Shown here in pieces: positions 49,164 to 58,527 of a stretch of DNA of 64,000 bases (positions within the stretch are counted from its first letter, which is position 1; each line of letters opens with the position of its first letter). A model generated the notes under the pieces. It did not search any database and was not told the DNA's origin. It was given only the letters and a program-made list of their open reading frames with translations. The stretch lies in assembly GCA_014727915.1 (NCBI GenBank), contig WJMO01000006.1:130137-194136 (forward strand), read 5' to 3'. A program made the translations under genes and the position numbers. The DNA comes from Candidatus Altiarchaeales archaeon (GTDB lineage: Archaea; Altiarchaeota; Altiarchaeia; IMC4; SCGC-AAA252-I15).

Positions 49164-49672
49164 TGGAGTGTAGGGGGGCTCTGGTGTTGTTGATGGTTTT
49201 CAGCGGTTGCATCGGCGTAGAGGATGGGTTGCCGGAGGAATGCGGGTTGAAGATCGAATTCCATGGCGTGGGTGATGCCGCCTTCGCCCGGGCAGTGTTG
49301 GAATACTACGGGATAAACAGGAGCTTGGAGGTGTTGGAAGGAGACCTAGCCATGGAAGCTGGAACAGGCCGGTTAGACCGGATGAAGTCTCTGCTGAGGA
49401 TGCACGGACTCCACGTTGAAGAGGGTAAGGCCATGGACTGGGAGGAGTTGGGCGTTCACGTCTGCGAAGAGGGCAATACAGCCATATTATTTCACAGAGA
49501 GGGAGAGACTTTCATGGCTGTCCTGGGTTTCGAAGGCGGCAGAGTATACGCCGAAGACCAGAGGGAGGGTCTGGTCAGGTTCACCAGGGATGAGTTCATG
49601 CTTTCAACATTGCAGGATGGTAAGTTGGTCGTTCATGGTAGGCTCTTGGAGGGTAAGCCACTCTGCATCTGA
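49163..49672 (+). CDS. C39-like domain lipoprotein paralog lacking catalytic Cys and His (predicted inactive)
   Basis: ATG overlaps upstream stop (TGATG); lipobox SGC; Gly/Asp at Cys position, Thr at His position; conserved LVRFTRDEF tail. Confidence 0.5.
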   Translation: MECRGALVLLMVFSGCIGVEDGLPEECGLKIEFHGVGDAAFARAVLEYYGINRSLEVLEGDLAMEAGTGRLDRMKSLLRMHGLHVEEGKAMDWEELGVHVCEEGNTAILFHREGETFMAVLGFEGGRVYAEDQREGLVRFTRDEFMLSTLQDGKLVVHGRLLEGKPLCI

Positions 49673-49705
49673 TCAGCGCCCCTCAACCAAAATGGCCTTT
49701 CAGAT

Positions 49706-50971
49706 TCACATTTCAGCTAGATGTCGGTGGGGGTGAACGCCCTCCTTCAACGTATCGTCTACCAGCGGCCCTAGCCTATTCATGTTCTCTGCAACCTGCC
49801 TCTTGAAGAAATGGAGTGAGGTGAAGGTGGTTAACAACGCGACAGAGACTATGAGGGAGAACACGGACTCCCCCATCAGCCCCTGTTTCAACGCCACTAC
49901 CGCGATTATCAGCTCTATGCCCCCGCGACTGTTCATCCCGTAGCCGACTGCCCGGATGGTCCCCTCCTTCAGCTTCACCATCTTCCCAGCCAGGTAGACG
50001 CCAGCGTATTTGCCGACTGCACCCAAGACCGTCAATCCAATAAGCAAGGGCATGTTCCTGAAGATGTTCGCCAAGTCGAACCTCAACCCGACGGAGATGA
50101 AGAAGAAGGGTATTATGAAACCGAAGGTTATGGCGTCCAGGTTCCGTATTATCTCCCTGCCTTCCCTCCGCTTCTTCACGGTCTGGTTTATTATGAGACC
50201 TGCTATGAACGCGCCTATCAGCGAGCTCAACCCGAACACCTGGCTGAGGAAGGTGACGAGCAATCCGAATATGAGGGATAAGGTAAGCATCTGGTTCTCG
50301 CCCCGGCGCCGCCACACAAGGCTGGCAATGTATGGGTAAACCCACAAGCCCACTACAACAGCTATCAGGAAGAACGCTAGGTATTCTGCTGCGAGCTTCC
50401 CCGCGGCAGCGACCAGTGAGTCCACCGTCAGGTCGTCAACCTTCACAGCCACAAGTATAAGCGACAACGCTACCACACCGAGTATGTCGTCGACCATGCC
50501 CGCGCCCACAATGACAGCCCCGTCCCTGGACTGTAGGAGGCCGTATTCCATCAGGATCTCCACAGCGATGGCCGCGGCTGTGACTGACATGCACAATGCA
50601 ACGATCAGCGAGGTTGAAAAGCCCAGGCCGAACAGTGAGAGGAAAGTGAACGTCAGCGTCAGAGGGCATATGAAGGCTGAAAACCCCACTGCAAGGGAGG
50701 CGGTCGACATCTCCCTCAAACGCTCAAGGTCTATTTCGGTCCCGGCCAGCAGTATGAAGAACACTATGCCCACCTCTGATAGGAACTCGAGCAAGGGCAT
50801 GAAACCCTCAGGCAGCAGGAATGCGTTAACATATGGCAGGCCGATGAAGACTCCAGCGAGTATGTATCCGAGAACCCTGGGATACCTGAGCTTGTTGAAG
50901 AACTCGGAGAACAGGAATGATACCATCAGGCAGCCGGTGAAACCCACCAGCATCGGGCTCAAAGACTCCAC
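49706..50971 (-). CDS. Cation:proton antiporter (CPA/Kef-type Na+/H+ exchanger family)
   Basis: 421 aa, ~12 TM, CPA-like Gly/Asp-containing helices. Confidence 0.75.
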   Translation of the reverse strand: MESLSPMLVGFTGCLMVSFLFSEFFNKLRYPRVLGYILAGVFIGLPYVNAFLLPEGFMPLLEFLSEVGIVFFILLAGTEIDLERLREMSTASLAVGFSAFICPLTLTFTFLSLFGLGFSTSLIVALCMSVTAAAIAVEILMEYGLLQSRDGAVIVGAGMVDDILGVVALSLILVAVKVDDLTVDSLVAAAGKLAAEYLAFFLIAVVVGLWVYPYIASLVWRRRGENQMLTLSLIFGLLVTFLSQVFGLSSLIGAFIAGLIINQTVKKRREGREIIRNLDAITFGFIIPFFFISVGLRFDLANIFRNMPLLIGLTVLGAVGKYAGVYLAGKMVKLKEGTIRAVGYGMNSRGGIELIIAVVALKQGLMGESVFSLIVSVALLTTFTSLHFFKRQVAENMNRLGPLVDDTLKEGVHPHRHLAEM

Positions 50972-51007
50972 CTAAGAAAATCACAGGAGAAGAATAAAAG
51001 AGGAAGG

Positions 51008-51685
51008 TCAGACTATCTTCCCGTCGACTATCTGTATCTTCTGCCTGGCGTTCTTGGCTATCTTCGAGTCGTGGGTGACTATCACCAAGGTCTTGCCCTC
51101 TTCCTCGTTCAACCTCTTCAGCAGGCCCATGATTGTCTTCCCGGTATTCTGGTCCAGGTTCCCGGTGGGCTCGTCGGCGAGTATAATCTGGGGATCGTTA
51201 GCCAGGCTTCTAGCTACCGCGACCCTCTGCTGCTGTCCGCCGCTCAGCTCCGACGGCCTGTTGCCCGCCTTGTCGGAGAGGCCGACCAGCTCGATTATCT
51301 CCTCTACTTTACTATTCCGCACGGGTTTTGGTGTGCCCTTGAATCTCATGGGGAGTTCGATGTTCTCGGCTGCGCTCATCGTCGGGATGAGGTTGAACTG
51401 CTGGAAAACGAACCCCAGCTTCTCCCTCCTCAACCTGGCCTTCTGAACTCCGTTCAACCCGCTTATGCCAACGTCCTCGATGTAGACCTCCCCCCGTGTG
51501 GGGGTGTCCAGGCAGCTTATCAGATTCAGCAAGGTGGATTTGCCAGAGCCTGAAGGTCCGATTATGCTAGCGAACTCCCCCAACTCAATCGTCAAGTCCA
51601 CTCCGTTCAATGCCCTGCATTCGTTAGGCTCGCCCTCGTTGTATATCTTGAACAAACCCACACAGCGTATTTCCCCGTTACTCAT
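51008..51685 (-). CDS. ABC transporter ATP-binding protein (MacB/LolD-like)
   Basis: Walker A GPSGSGKST, signature LSGGQQQR, Walker B ILADEPTGNLD. Confidence 0.9.
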   Translation of the reverse strand: MSNGEIRCVGLFKIYNEGEPNECRALNGVDLTIELGEFASIIGPSGSGKSTLLNLISCLDTPTRGEVYIEDVGISGLNGVQKARLRREKLGFVFQQFNLIPTMSAAENIELPMRFKGTPKPVRNSKVEEIIELVGLSDKAGNRPSELSGGQQQRVAVARSLANDPQIILADEPTGNLDQNTGKTIMGLLKRLNEEEGKTLVIVTHDSKIAKNARQKIQIVDGKIV

Positions 51686-52847
51686 AGCGCAACACCTCTA
51701 TAGGATCGAGCCTCGAAGCAGCCCATGCAGGATATAAGCCTGCCCCCATCCCTAGTATGAGGGAGAATGCGAATCCTATGGCGATGAGCTCAGGGCTTAA
51801 TATGGGGGTGAATGACGTGTGGGATTTCACCAGTTCACTGGCTCCATATCCGAGCATGAACCCGATGAACCCGCCTATGAGGCTCAACACCGCGGACTCC
51901 TCCAATACCTGCATGAGTATGTTGGTTGTGGTGGCGCCGATGGCCTTCATCACCCCAATCTCCCGCCTGCGTTCCATGACGCTCATGATCATCGTGTTCA
52001 TTATGCCAATGCCACCCACGATAATGGACACAGCGCCGATGCCGTAGACTGCCATCGTTATGGTGCCCAACGTGCTCTCCAAGCTCCGGACCAACGTAAT
52101 AGCAGAGAAAGCCCGGACCGTGTCGAACATGTCGCTTATCTCCTGTTGGATAGGTTCTACATTCTCGACCTCGTCCACCTTCACCTTTAACTGGGTTATC
52201 TTGTCGTCGTCTTCCAAATCCTGCATGGTTGAAAGGGGGACGAAAGCCGCCTCGTCAATTGTTGAGTCCCCGGTCTCCTCCAGGATGCCCACGACTTCGA
52301 AGTGGAAGCTATCGGTGGTGTCGTTCTCGACCCGCTGGTACTCTATCTCGTCGCCGACGTTGTACAGTTGGTTGTAGGCGGTCGTGGATCCCAGGAGCAC
52401 CACATACTGGAAGTCGTCTGATACATCAAGTTTACGACCGTCATCTGCGACTATGTTCTCGCCTATCAGGTAGTCCTGGTCTTCAGGGTTCAAGGCCGTG
52501 AACTCCAGGGTGCTGGATGAGCCGCCCATCATCCGACCCATCATCCCCCCAAAGCCTCTGTGGCCCCCGCGGCTTATCCGGTATTCGCCGATTGCCACAA
52601 CGTCCGTTACGCCTGTTATGTCCCGTATGTCCTGTATCATGTCCTCGGTTATACCGTCCTCGCTCTCGAAGTCGCGGACGTCGATGACGGCCGCCATGTC
52701 ACCGAAGGAATCCTGTATCTGCTTGTTCAACCCCTCACCTATGGCTCCGAGGGTGAGTATCAAACCTATGCCCATGGCTATGCCCAGCATGGTCAATATG
52801 CTGCGGGACTTCTGCCTGAAGACGTTCTTAAACGCGATGTCAAGCAT
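51678..52847 (-). CDS. ABC transporter permease, FtsX/MacB-type
   Basis: N-terminal TM, large extracytoplasmic domain, C-terminal 3-TM FtsX-like bundle; start probably ATG 52847. Confidence 0.8.
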   Translation of the reverse strand: MLDIAFKNVFRQKSRSILTMLGIAMGIGLILTLGAIGEGLNKQIQDSFGDMAAVIDVRDFESEDGITEDMIQDIRDITGVTDVVAIGEYRISRGGHRGFGGMMGRMMGGSSSTLEFTALNPEDQDYLIGENIVADDGRKLDVSDDFQYVVLLGSTTAYNQLYNVGDEIEYQRVENDTTDSFHFEVVGILEETGDSTIDEAAFVPLSTMQDLEDDDKITQLKVKVDEVENVEPIQQEISDMFDTVRAFSAITLVRSLESTLGTITMAVYGIGAVSIIVGGIGIMNTMIMSVMERRREIGVMKAIGATTTNILMQVLEESAVLSLIGGFIGFMLGYGASELVKSHTSFTPILSPELIAIGFAFSLILGMGAGLYPAWAASRLDPIEVLRYE

Positions 52848-52848
52848 C

Positions 52849-54531
52849 TTACTTCTTCTTACGCCTCTTGTAGAGCTTGTAACCGCCAACAACCACAACC
52901 AAGACTATAACTGCCTTCATTAACAGGGCTGCCAGCCCAGAACCAGAATTCCTATTTGAAGAGCCCGTGAAAGAGGACATCGCAGTTGAAGAACCACCCC
53001 CAAGGTTGAAGGTTTCCACCTGGGTGACTCTCTCACCGTTCAATCCAGCATACTCCAACGTCAAAGTGAACGGGCCGGACACGGTAGTGTCGAAGGTGAA
53101 GGTCGTCTGCTTCGTAGGCTTGATGTCCGACTTGTAGGAGACAATCTCCTGGCTTCCGGTTTGAGCGTATGCGGAAGTCCCACTATCAGACGTTGATTGC
53201 CTGGCACCTCCGCTGGGCCGGACCATACCCCTGCCAGACAACATGGACACCGGATTAGACTGCCTCTGGCTCGCCCTGTTTTCCCAGGCCTCATCCGTGG
53301 ACTGGGTGCTACGGTCAAACGTCCGGTTACCCAGGTCCGACGTCTTTACAGTGGCCTTGACTCCCTCCGCAGCCCGGGTGCCAATGTTAGCGACTTCTAT
53401 GCGGAGCGAACCACGCTCCTGATCGACGTTTATCACCTCCAATATGACCTGCCCCGACACATCCAATCCGATGCTCTTCTCATCCGTGTACGAAGTGCCC
53501 CCGACCGTATAGTCTATCGTCAAGGGTATCGCATAGGTTTGAATCTCAGCATCCCATGAGATGGATATCTCAAACTCTGTCTGCACATCCTCGCCGGACT
53601 CGACCGTGCCTATGTGCTTCTCCGCAGTGTCAACTGGGACGAAAGGCTCGGACAGTGTCAGGCTTGCCGTGACATCATCAGCGGCCGCAGCCCCATAGTT
53701 CTTCAAACCCATCTTCAATTCTACCGTCTCTCCCGGACCTGTCGGCTCGTAGCTGACGTTCAAAACCTTGAAGTCAATGCCCGCACTCTCAACGTTCAAG
53801 CCGAAGGACATGTTTCTGGAGGCTGAAGTGCCGGACTCGTCCGTGTAGTCTATCTTCAAAGAGACCATGCACGCCCCCTCAGCAGAAGGCTTTATCTGGT
53901 AGCCCAATGTGAAATCATCGCCTTCCTCAATGTCTCCTATGTACTTTCTGGATGAGCCTATAACGGTGAGGCAGTCAGACGATAGCGTGGCTTCCAGGTC
54001 CTCCACCGAGGAGCGCAACGTACCTTCCAGGACCAGGTCTCCGAGCGTGTCCTTATAGTATGTGGTCTTCTCCGGGTTCAACTGGAAGAGTGGGTTACCG
54101 TATATCCGCAGGGGCACGTCCCATGTGGTGAGCAGGTTGTTCACCGAAGTCCCATCGTATTTGAAACCGTCATATGATATGCGAACGTTAATCGCTGTCA
54201 AACCCGTCTTCGCTCCCTCCTTTACCCTCACAACTACGGGCACGGTCTTGGACTGCTCCGGGTCGACCCTGCCTATGTAGAATTTCTTGTCGACACTCAC
54301 GACACCAGTGCTTGGAATGTATACTTCAACGTCGTCAGCGCGAAACCCGCCAGTGTTCTCAATGGCAAGGTTGAGTATGCCACTGTCACCAGGCCTGAGA
54401 TTAGAGTCATAGTATGTCGAGTCGAAGTCAACGACCACGTTAGTTGGTGAGGTCGTGCCTGCAGTAGCAGCCAAGACACCATCTGAAAAAATGCAAAGGA
54501 ACACCATCAACAACAAAATCCTTTTCACCAT
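52849..54531 (-). CDS. Secreted surface-layer-like beta-repeat protein with C-terminal TM anchor (partner of FtsX/ABC pair)
   Basis: Signal peptide; repeated beta-rich modules; C-terminal TM + KKRRKK stop-transfer. Confidence 0.65.
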   Translation of the reverse strand: MVKRILLLMVFLCIFSDGVLAATAGTTSPTNVVVDFDSTYYDSNLRPGDSGILNLAIENTGGFRADDVEVYIPSTGVVSVDKKFYIGRVDPEQSKTVPVVVRVKEGAKTGLTAINVRISYDGFKYDGTSVNNLLTTWDVPLRIYGNPLFQLNPEKTTYYKDTLGDLVLEGTLRSSVEDLEATLSSDCLTVIGSSRKYIGDIEEGDDFTLGYQIKPSAEGACMVSLKIDYTDESGTSASRNMSFGLNVESAGIDFKVLNVSYEPTGPGETVELKMGLKNYGAAAADDVTASLTLSEPFVPVDTAEKHIGTVESGEDVQTEFEISISWDAEIQTYAIPLTIDYTVGGTSYTDEKSIGLDVSGQVILEVINVDQERGSLRIEVANIGTRAAEGVKATVKTSDLGNRTFDRSTQSTDEAWENRASQRQSNPVSMLSGRGMVRPSGGARQSTSDSGTSAYAQTGSQEIVSYKSDIKPTKQTTFTFDTTVSGPFTLTLEYAGLNGERVTQVETFNLGGGSSTAMSSFTGSSNRNSGSGLAALLMKAVIVLVVVVGGYKLYKRRKKK

Positions 54532-54586
54532 ATTTTTTCACCTTATTATCCTGAATATCAAGAATACACATCCTTAAATATAATAC

Positions 54587-54636
54587 TGAAACAGGGGATA
54601 TCCCAGCGTGAAACACCTGTAGCAGAATGTGAAACA
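54587..54636 (+). promoter_or_regulatory. Triple TGAAACA direct-repeat array (R1), upstream of surface-protein/ABC operon
   Basis: TGAAACA at 54587, 54609, 54630 (spacing 22, 21); TATA-like ttaaatataat adjacent. Confidence 0.55.
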
Positions 54637-54701
54637 TGGGTTTGGGAGGCTTCCCGGGTCGGATTAGAGTGGGAAGCCTCCGTTGTGGTGGCTGCAGTGA
54701 G

Positions 54702-55211
54702 CTATTGTTTAGTTCCTGCCGGTTGGCCTTCTGCAAAAGGGCATCCACCGCCCCGCATACCCCTACCAGGAAATCCACCCCCCATCTTCCCGGGGCATTT
54801 ATCCGGGTTCTCCTGGCAGTAGGCATGGTGGGCCTCCATTATCTCCTCGTGTGTGGCGTCCTCGCCGAGGCCGAGCTTGGATAGCATCTCACTGTGCCTT
54901 TCCTCCATCTCCTGGTGGCGTTCCTCCATACGGGCCTTCACTGCAATATGGAACTCCCCTATCGTATCGTCCTCGGTCAGGCCGAGGTCGGATAGTCTCT
55001 TCTCCCACATGGCTTCTCTTATCTCTTCTCTCGTAGCATCTTCCGTAAGCCCGAGCTCCTCCAGGTTCACAGGCTCATGTCCTTTCATAAACCCGTGTCT
55101 GGAGAATCCCTTGCTTCCCCCTGCCGCTTCCGTTGCGTTGACGGCCACCACCAGTCCTAGGACCAGCAGTGCTGCCAAGCCAGCGGCAAACAGTTTGGTT
55201 TTACCATCCAC
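54702..55211 (-). CDS. Secreted protein with three LGLTED(A/D)T..EEI repeats and Gly-rich tail
   Basis: Signal peptide; GTG start preceded by GAGGTGA. Confidence 0.5.
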   Translation of the reverse strand: MDGKTKLFAAGLAALLVLGLVVAVNATEAAGGSKGFSRHGFMKGHEPVNLEELGLTEDATREEIREAMWEKRLSDLGLTEDDTIGEFHIAVKARMEERHQEMEERHSEMLSKLGLGEDATHEEIMEAHHAYCQENPDKCPGKMGGGFPGRGMRGGGCPFAEGQPAGTKQ

Positions 55212-55239
55212 TTTGGTTCACCTCGAAGGATTCATTGGA

Positions 55240-55289
55240 TGAAACAGGGCATAAGTTTGGATGAAACAGTTGTGGCAGAAGATGAAACA
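55240..55289 (+). promoter_or_regulatory. Triple TGAAACA direct-repeat array (R2)
   Basis: TGAAACA at 55240, 55262, 55283 (spacing 22, 21), 30-80 nt upstream of GTG 55211. Confidence 0.55.
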
Positions 55290-55294
55290 TGACT

Positions 55295-55705
55295 TTAAAG
55301 CTTCAGCTTGACGAGGTTGGTGTTTCCCAGGGGCTTCTTCTCAACGACACCCCGTTGCTCCAGCTTGGACAGGACCCTTGAGACCTTCACCTTGGATATT
55401 CCGGTCTCTGCAACGAGGTACATCTGCTCCATCTTGCCCTCCTTCAACAGCACCTCTATTATCTTCCGCTCCTCAGCGGGCAATACCTTCAGCATCGAGT
55501 AGGCCTGCCTCTGGGTCACCTTCCACTGGAACATTAGTATTATCAGAGCTCCAACACCCATGGAGACAGCTGTCACCCCGTAGACCACCACAGGCATGGA
55601 CGAGCCGGTGTCTTCAATGTAGGACCCGTTAAGTATGGACAGTAGTATCCCCAAGCCGAACACTGACGTTAATGCTATCGCTAACCGCTTCTCCGAGACT
55701 TCCAT
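55295..55705 (-). CDS. Two-TM membrane-anchored wHTH regulator (paralog family)
   Basis: Two TM helices then wHTH (ETGISKVKVSRVLSKLEQRGVVEKK). Confidence 0.55.
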   Translation of the reverse strand: MEVSEKRLAIALTSVFGLGILLSILNGSYIEDTGSSMPVVVYGVTAVSMGVGALIILMFQWKVTQRQAYSMLKVLPAEERKIIEVLLKEGKMEQMYLVAETGISKVKVSRVLSKLEQRGVVEKKPLGNTNLVKLKL

Positions 55706-55708
55706 CTT

Positions 55709-55987
55709 CTATCCGCCTATGTCCTCCTTCATCTCAAGGTATGTTTTCTTGTCTATCTCCCCTGACACATACCGTTTCTTCAGCACGTCCAATGGTGTTT
55801 CAACCCTGCGGGAGCCGCGTACAAGCCACCAGAATATGAGGGCAACGACCACCACTATGACGAGATTCCACACCATGAAGGTCGGAACCAATCCGAATAT
55901 GGGCTCACGACCCAGGAAAGGATGCGGCGCCCTGCATGTGGAGAACATTGCGGCCCTGCCGCCGAACTCGGCAAAAGTCTGGTTCAT
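55709..55987 (-). CDS. SHOCT-domain small membrane protein
   Basis: TM helix followed by LKKRYVSGEIDKKTYLEMKEDI; real start may be an internal Met. Confidence 0.45.
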   Translation of the reverse strand: MNQTFAEFGGRAAMFSTCRAPHPFLGREPIFGLVPTFMVWNLVIVVVVALIFWWLVRGSRRVETPLDVLKKRYVSGEIDKKTYLEMKEDIGG

Positions 55988-56023
55988 AAGAATATCACCT
56001 CAGTACTATACAACTAATAAGAA

Positions 56024-56073
56024 TAAAAAAGGGTGAAACAGGCGATATCCAGGGTTGAAACAGCCGTATCAAA
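56024..56073 (+). promoter_or_regulatory. Triple TGAAACA direct-repeat array (R3), divergent intergenic region
   Basis: TGAAACA at 56024, 56046, 56067 (spacing 22, 21); first unit plus GATATCC flank near-identical to R1. Confidence 0.55.
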
Positions 56074-56135
56074 AAATGAAACACTGATAGGTTTTTATAG
56101 ATTTGCAGTCAAATAAGAAGGCGTGGAGGTCACAT

Positions 56136-56924
56136 ATGGACTTCATAGTATTATCGGTTTCGGGTTTTTTGATAGGGGCTTTAGGCACGATAATAGGCTC
56201 GGGAGGGGGTTTTCTTGTAGTCCCACTGCTTCTCCTGCTAACCGACCTCTCACCCCAGGTTATCGCGGGGACCTCCTTGACAGTGGCTTTGTTCACATCC
56301 CTGTCGGGTTTTGTCGCATATCACAGGCAGAGGAAGATCGACTACCTTGTCGCGGGAGTATTTGTCCTAGCTCTGATACCGGCGACTTTCATCGGCGTGG
56401 AAGTAAACCAGAGGATAGAAGCGGACCAGTTCAGGATGATACTGGGGGTCCTGCTGGTGATGATCTCAACCCTGCTATTCAAGAGGGTCAACATCCGGAT
56501 ACCGCATTATATCCCCTACCCCATCCACTATGACCGGGAGAAGACGGACAGCCAGGGAGTCACATACAAGTATCACGTGAGCATGAGGAGGGGGGCGCTC
56601 ATGAGCTTCGTTATCGGGGTGGTCTCGCCGGTTGTGGGCATCGGCGGAGGAGTCCTCAGGACGCCTGCGATGGTCGTTTTGGAAGGCATGCCAGCCCGTA
56701 TCGCAGCGCCAACAAGCCAGGTAACGACGATATTCGGGGGTGCGATTGCAGTGGCGTTGTTCGCCATGAAATCCCAGATCAACATATCATATGCCATACC
56801 GCTTATAGTGGGGGTGATAGTGGGGGCGCAGGTTGGAGCCCTATTCTCAGAGAGATACGGGCTTATGGTCCGGAAGATTACCTCAGCCGCCCTTTTCATA
56901 ACTGGGCTCTGGCTGCTGCTGTAG
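56136..56924 (+). CDS. TauE/SafE-family (DUF81) anion exporter
   Basis: Two repeated halves each with Gly-rich motif; start probably ATG 56136. Confidence 0.7.
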   Translation: MDFIVLSVSGFLIGALGTIIGSGGGFLVVPLLLLLTDLSPQVIAGTSLTVALFTSLSGFVAYHRQRKIDYLVAGVFVLALIPATFIGVEVNQRIEADQFRMILGVLLVMISTLLFKRVNIRIPHYIPYPIHYDREKTDSQGVTYKYHVSMRRGALMSFVIGVVSPVVGIGGGVLRTPAMVVLEGMPARIAAPTSQVTTIFGGAIAVALFAMKSQINISYAIPLIVGVIVGAQVGALFSERYGLMVRKITSAALFITGLWLLL

Positions 56925-56966
56925 GCTAGTGCTTTTTTTCGTGGGGTTGCATAATTATCCTCCAAG

Positions 56967-57659
56967 ATGAAAGCCTATAGGATTTTTTATCTCTCGGTTT
57001 TGGCTGTGGTGTTAGCTGCTGCCCTGCCGTCAATATTTAACCATGCCCTGTGGCTCATGGGAGGGGAGGGCCTGCCGAACATAATAGCCGGCAGGTGGGA
57101 TCTGGTGGCTTTGAACGTGGCCTTCTTCACCTTCTTCCTCCTGCTCACAACCTACAAGAGGCATGTCAACTGGCGTTCCCGTAACATCTACACCGCCTTC
57201 ATAGTCGCGTTGTTCGCGGAGATGTACGGGTTCCCGTTGACCGCGTATTTCATCGCAAACCGGTTCGGGGTCGTGGACGTGGACTACCGACCCGCATACA
57301 ATCTGACCTTCGATTTCCTGGGCGTCTGGTTCACCTTGCCCACGATGATGATCGCCGGCGCTGCGGTCACCGTATTCGGCCTCGCATTGATAGCGGCGGG
57401 GTGGTATCAGGTGTACAAGAGCGGGGGCGGGGTAGTCACCACCGGCTTGTACAGGTACTCCCGGCACCCCCAGTATGTGGGCATACTATTGGTCACCTTC
57501 GGGTGGATAATACACTGGCCCACGATCCCGACACTTGCCATGTGGCCGGTGCTGGCGGTTGTCTACTACCGGCTGGCGAGGGAGGAGGAGGCGTGGGTCG
57601 AGAAACAAAACCCCAGAGAATTCAAGGAATACCGAGAAAAAACGCCCATGTTCATCTAG
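56967..57659 (+). CDS. ICMT/PEMT-family membrane methyltransferase
   Basis: Multi-TM with C-terminal GLYRYSRHPQYVG and EE..L motif. Confidence 0.7.
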   Translation: MKAYRIFYLSVLAVVLAAALPSIFNHALWLMGGEGLPNIIAGRWDLVALNVAFFTFFLLLTTYKRHVNWRSRNIYTAFIVALFAEMYGFPLTAYFIANRFGVVDVDYRPAYNLTFDFLGVWFTLPTMMIAGAAVTVFGLALIAAGWYQVYKSGGGVVTTGLYRYSRHPQYVGILLVTFGWIIHWPTIPTLAMWPVLAVVYYRLAREEEAWVEKQNPREFKEYREKTPMFI

Positions 57660-57920
57660 GCTATTTGATTTTGTGGATGCTGTTGTCGAGGGTGTATAGC
57701 TGGGCGAACCCGGGCTTCACATCCAACAACGCGATGCACGCGTTCTTCTGCTTTATGCCCTCCGCCCCCTCCAAGGGACAACCCTCCTAAAAGAGAAATA
57801 CACCGGATTCAGACTCTTCGCAGCAGCACTGATCACAACCGGAACAATCCTGATATCCATAGCCAACTAAAAAAAAAACAGAATAATTTGAACAAAAATA
57901 CAAACAATTTATAAAATTTA

Positions 57921-58007
57921 GCCCCCGGAGCAGCCACCAACCACAACCAACAATAAGAGCCAAATAGCATATGTGCTGGTTTTAGGCTAAAAAAGGCGTT
58001 AGGGACC
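57921..58007 (+). repeat. Direct repeat A flanking hicBA cassette
   Basis: gcccccggagcagccaccaaccacaaccaa...gagccaaatagca...gttagggacc; imperfect copy at 58749-58877. Confidence 0.6.
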
Positions 58008-58069
58008 AATAAATCAAAGGTTTAACATTCTTAAATAGTATTTAATTATCTTACATTCTTATATCTTTT

Positions 58070-58303
58070 ATGATGAAAAAAACTCAATTTCCCCTTGTTA
58101 TTGAAAAAGATGAGGATGGGTTCTATGTTGTAGAATGCCCAGTGTTGGAGGGGTGTTATTCTCAGGGTAAAACCTTGGATGAGGCGATGAAGAATATTCG
58201 GGAAGTCATTGAGATCTGTCTTGAGGAATCGTCCACTAAAGATTTTCTGAAAAACTATCACCCAGTAGAGTTTAGCTTCCATACTATTACTGTTGGTTCA
58301 TGA
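58070..58303 (+). CDS. hicB: HicB-family antitoxin (UPF0150-like)
   Basis: FPLVIEKDEDGFYVVECPVLEGCYSQGKTLDEAMKNIREVIE typical of HicB N-domain. Confidence 0.7.
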   Translation: MMKKTQFPLVIEKDEDGFYVVECPVLEGCYSQGKTLDEAMKNIREVIEICLEESSTKDFLKNYHPVEFSFHTITVGS

Positions 58304-58527
58304 TGGCATCGAAGCTGCCCATCGTTTCTGGCAAACAAGCAGTCAAAGCGTTCAACAAACTTGGTTATGCTGTTATTAGAAGGAGGAGTAGCCATATTCG
58401 CCTGGAACATGAAAGTAAGAAAAAGATAACAATCCCAGACCACAAAACACTAGGAAAAGGAATACTAAGAAAACTAATCCGCGATGCTGAGATAACAATA
58501 GAAGAATTCAACAAATTACTAAAGTAA
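58300..58527 (+). CDS. hicA: HicA-family toxin (YcfA-like)
   Basis: 75 aa; SGKQAVKAFNKLGYAVIRRRSSHIRLEH pattern; start overlaps hicB stop. Confidence 0.7.
   Translation: MMASKLPIVSGKQAVKAFNKLGYAVIRRRSSHIRLEHESKKKITIPDHKTLGKGILRKLIRDAEITIEEFNKLLK

Noticed and set aside
48629-49672. 347-aa track ORF read as a single protein
   Set aside because: Its first half is an alternative frame over the 48591..49163 gene (Arg/Gly-rich). Only the portion from the internal Met at 49163 has a signal peptide and the conserved C39-like blocks.
54587-56073. TGAAACA arrays as a CRISPR array
   Set aside because: Repeat units are only 7-10 bp with about 14-bp spacers, far too short, and they sit in three separate promoter-like gaps.
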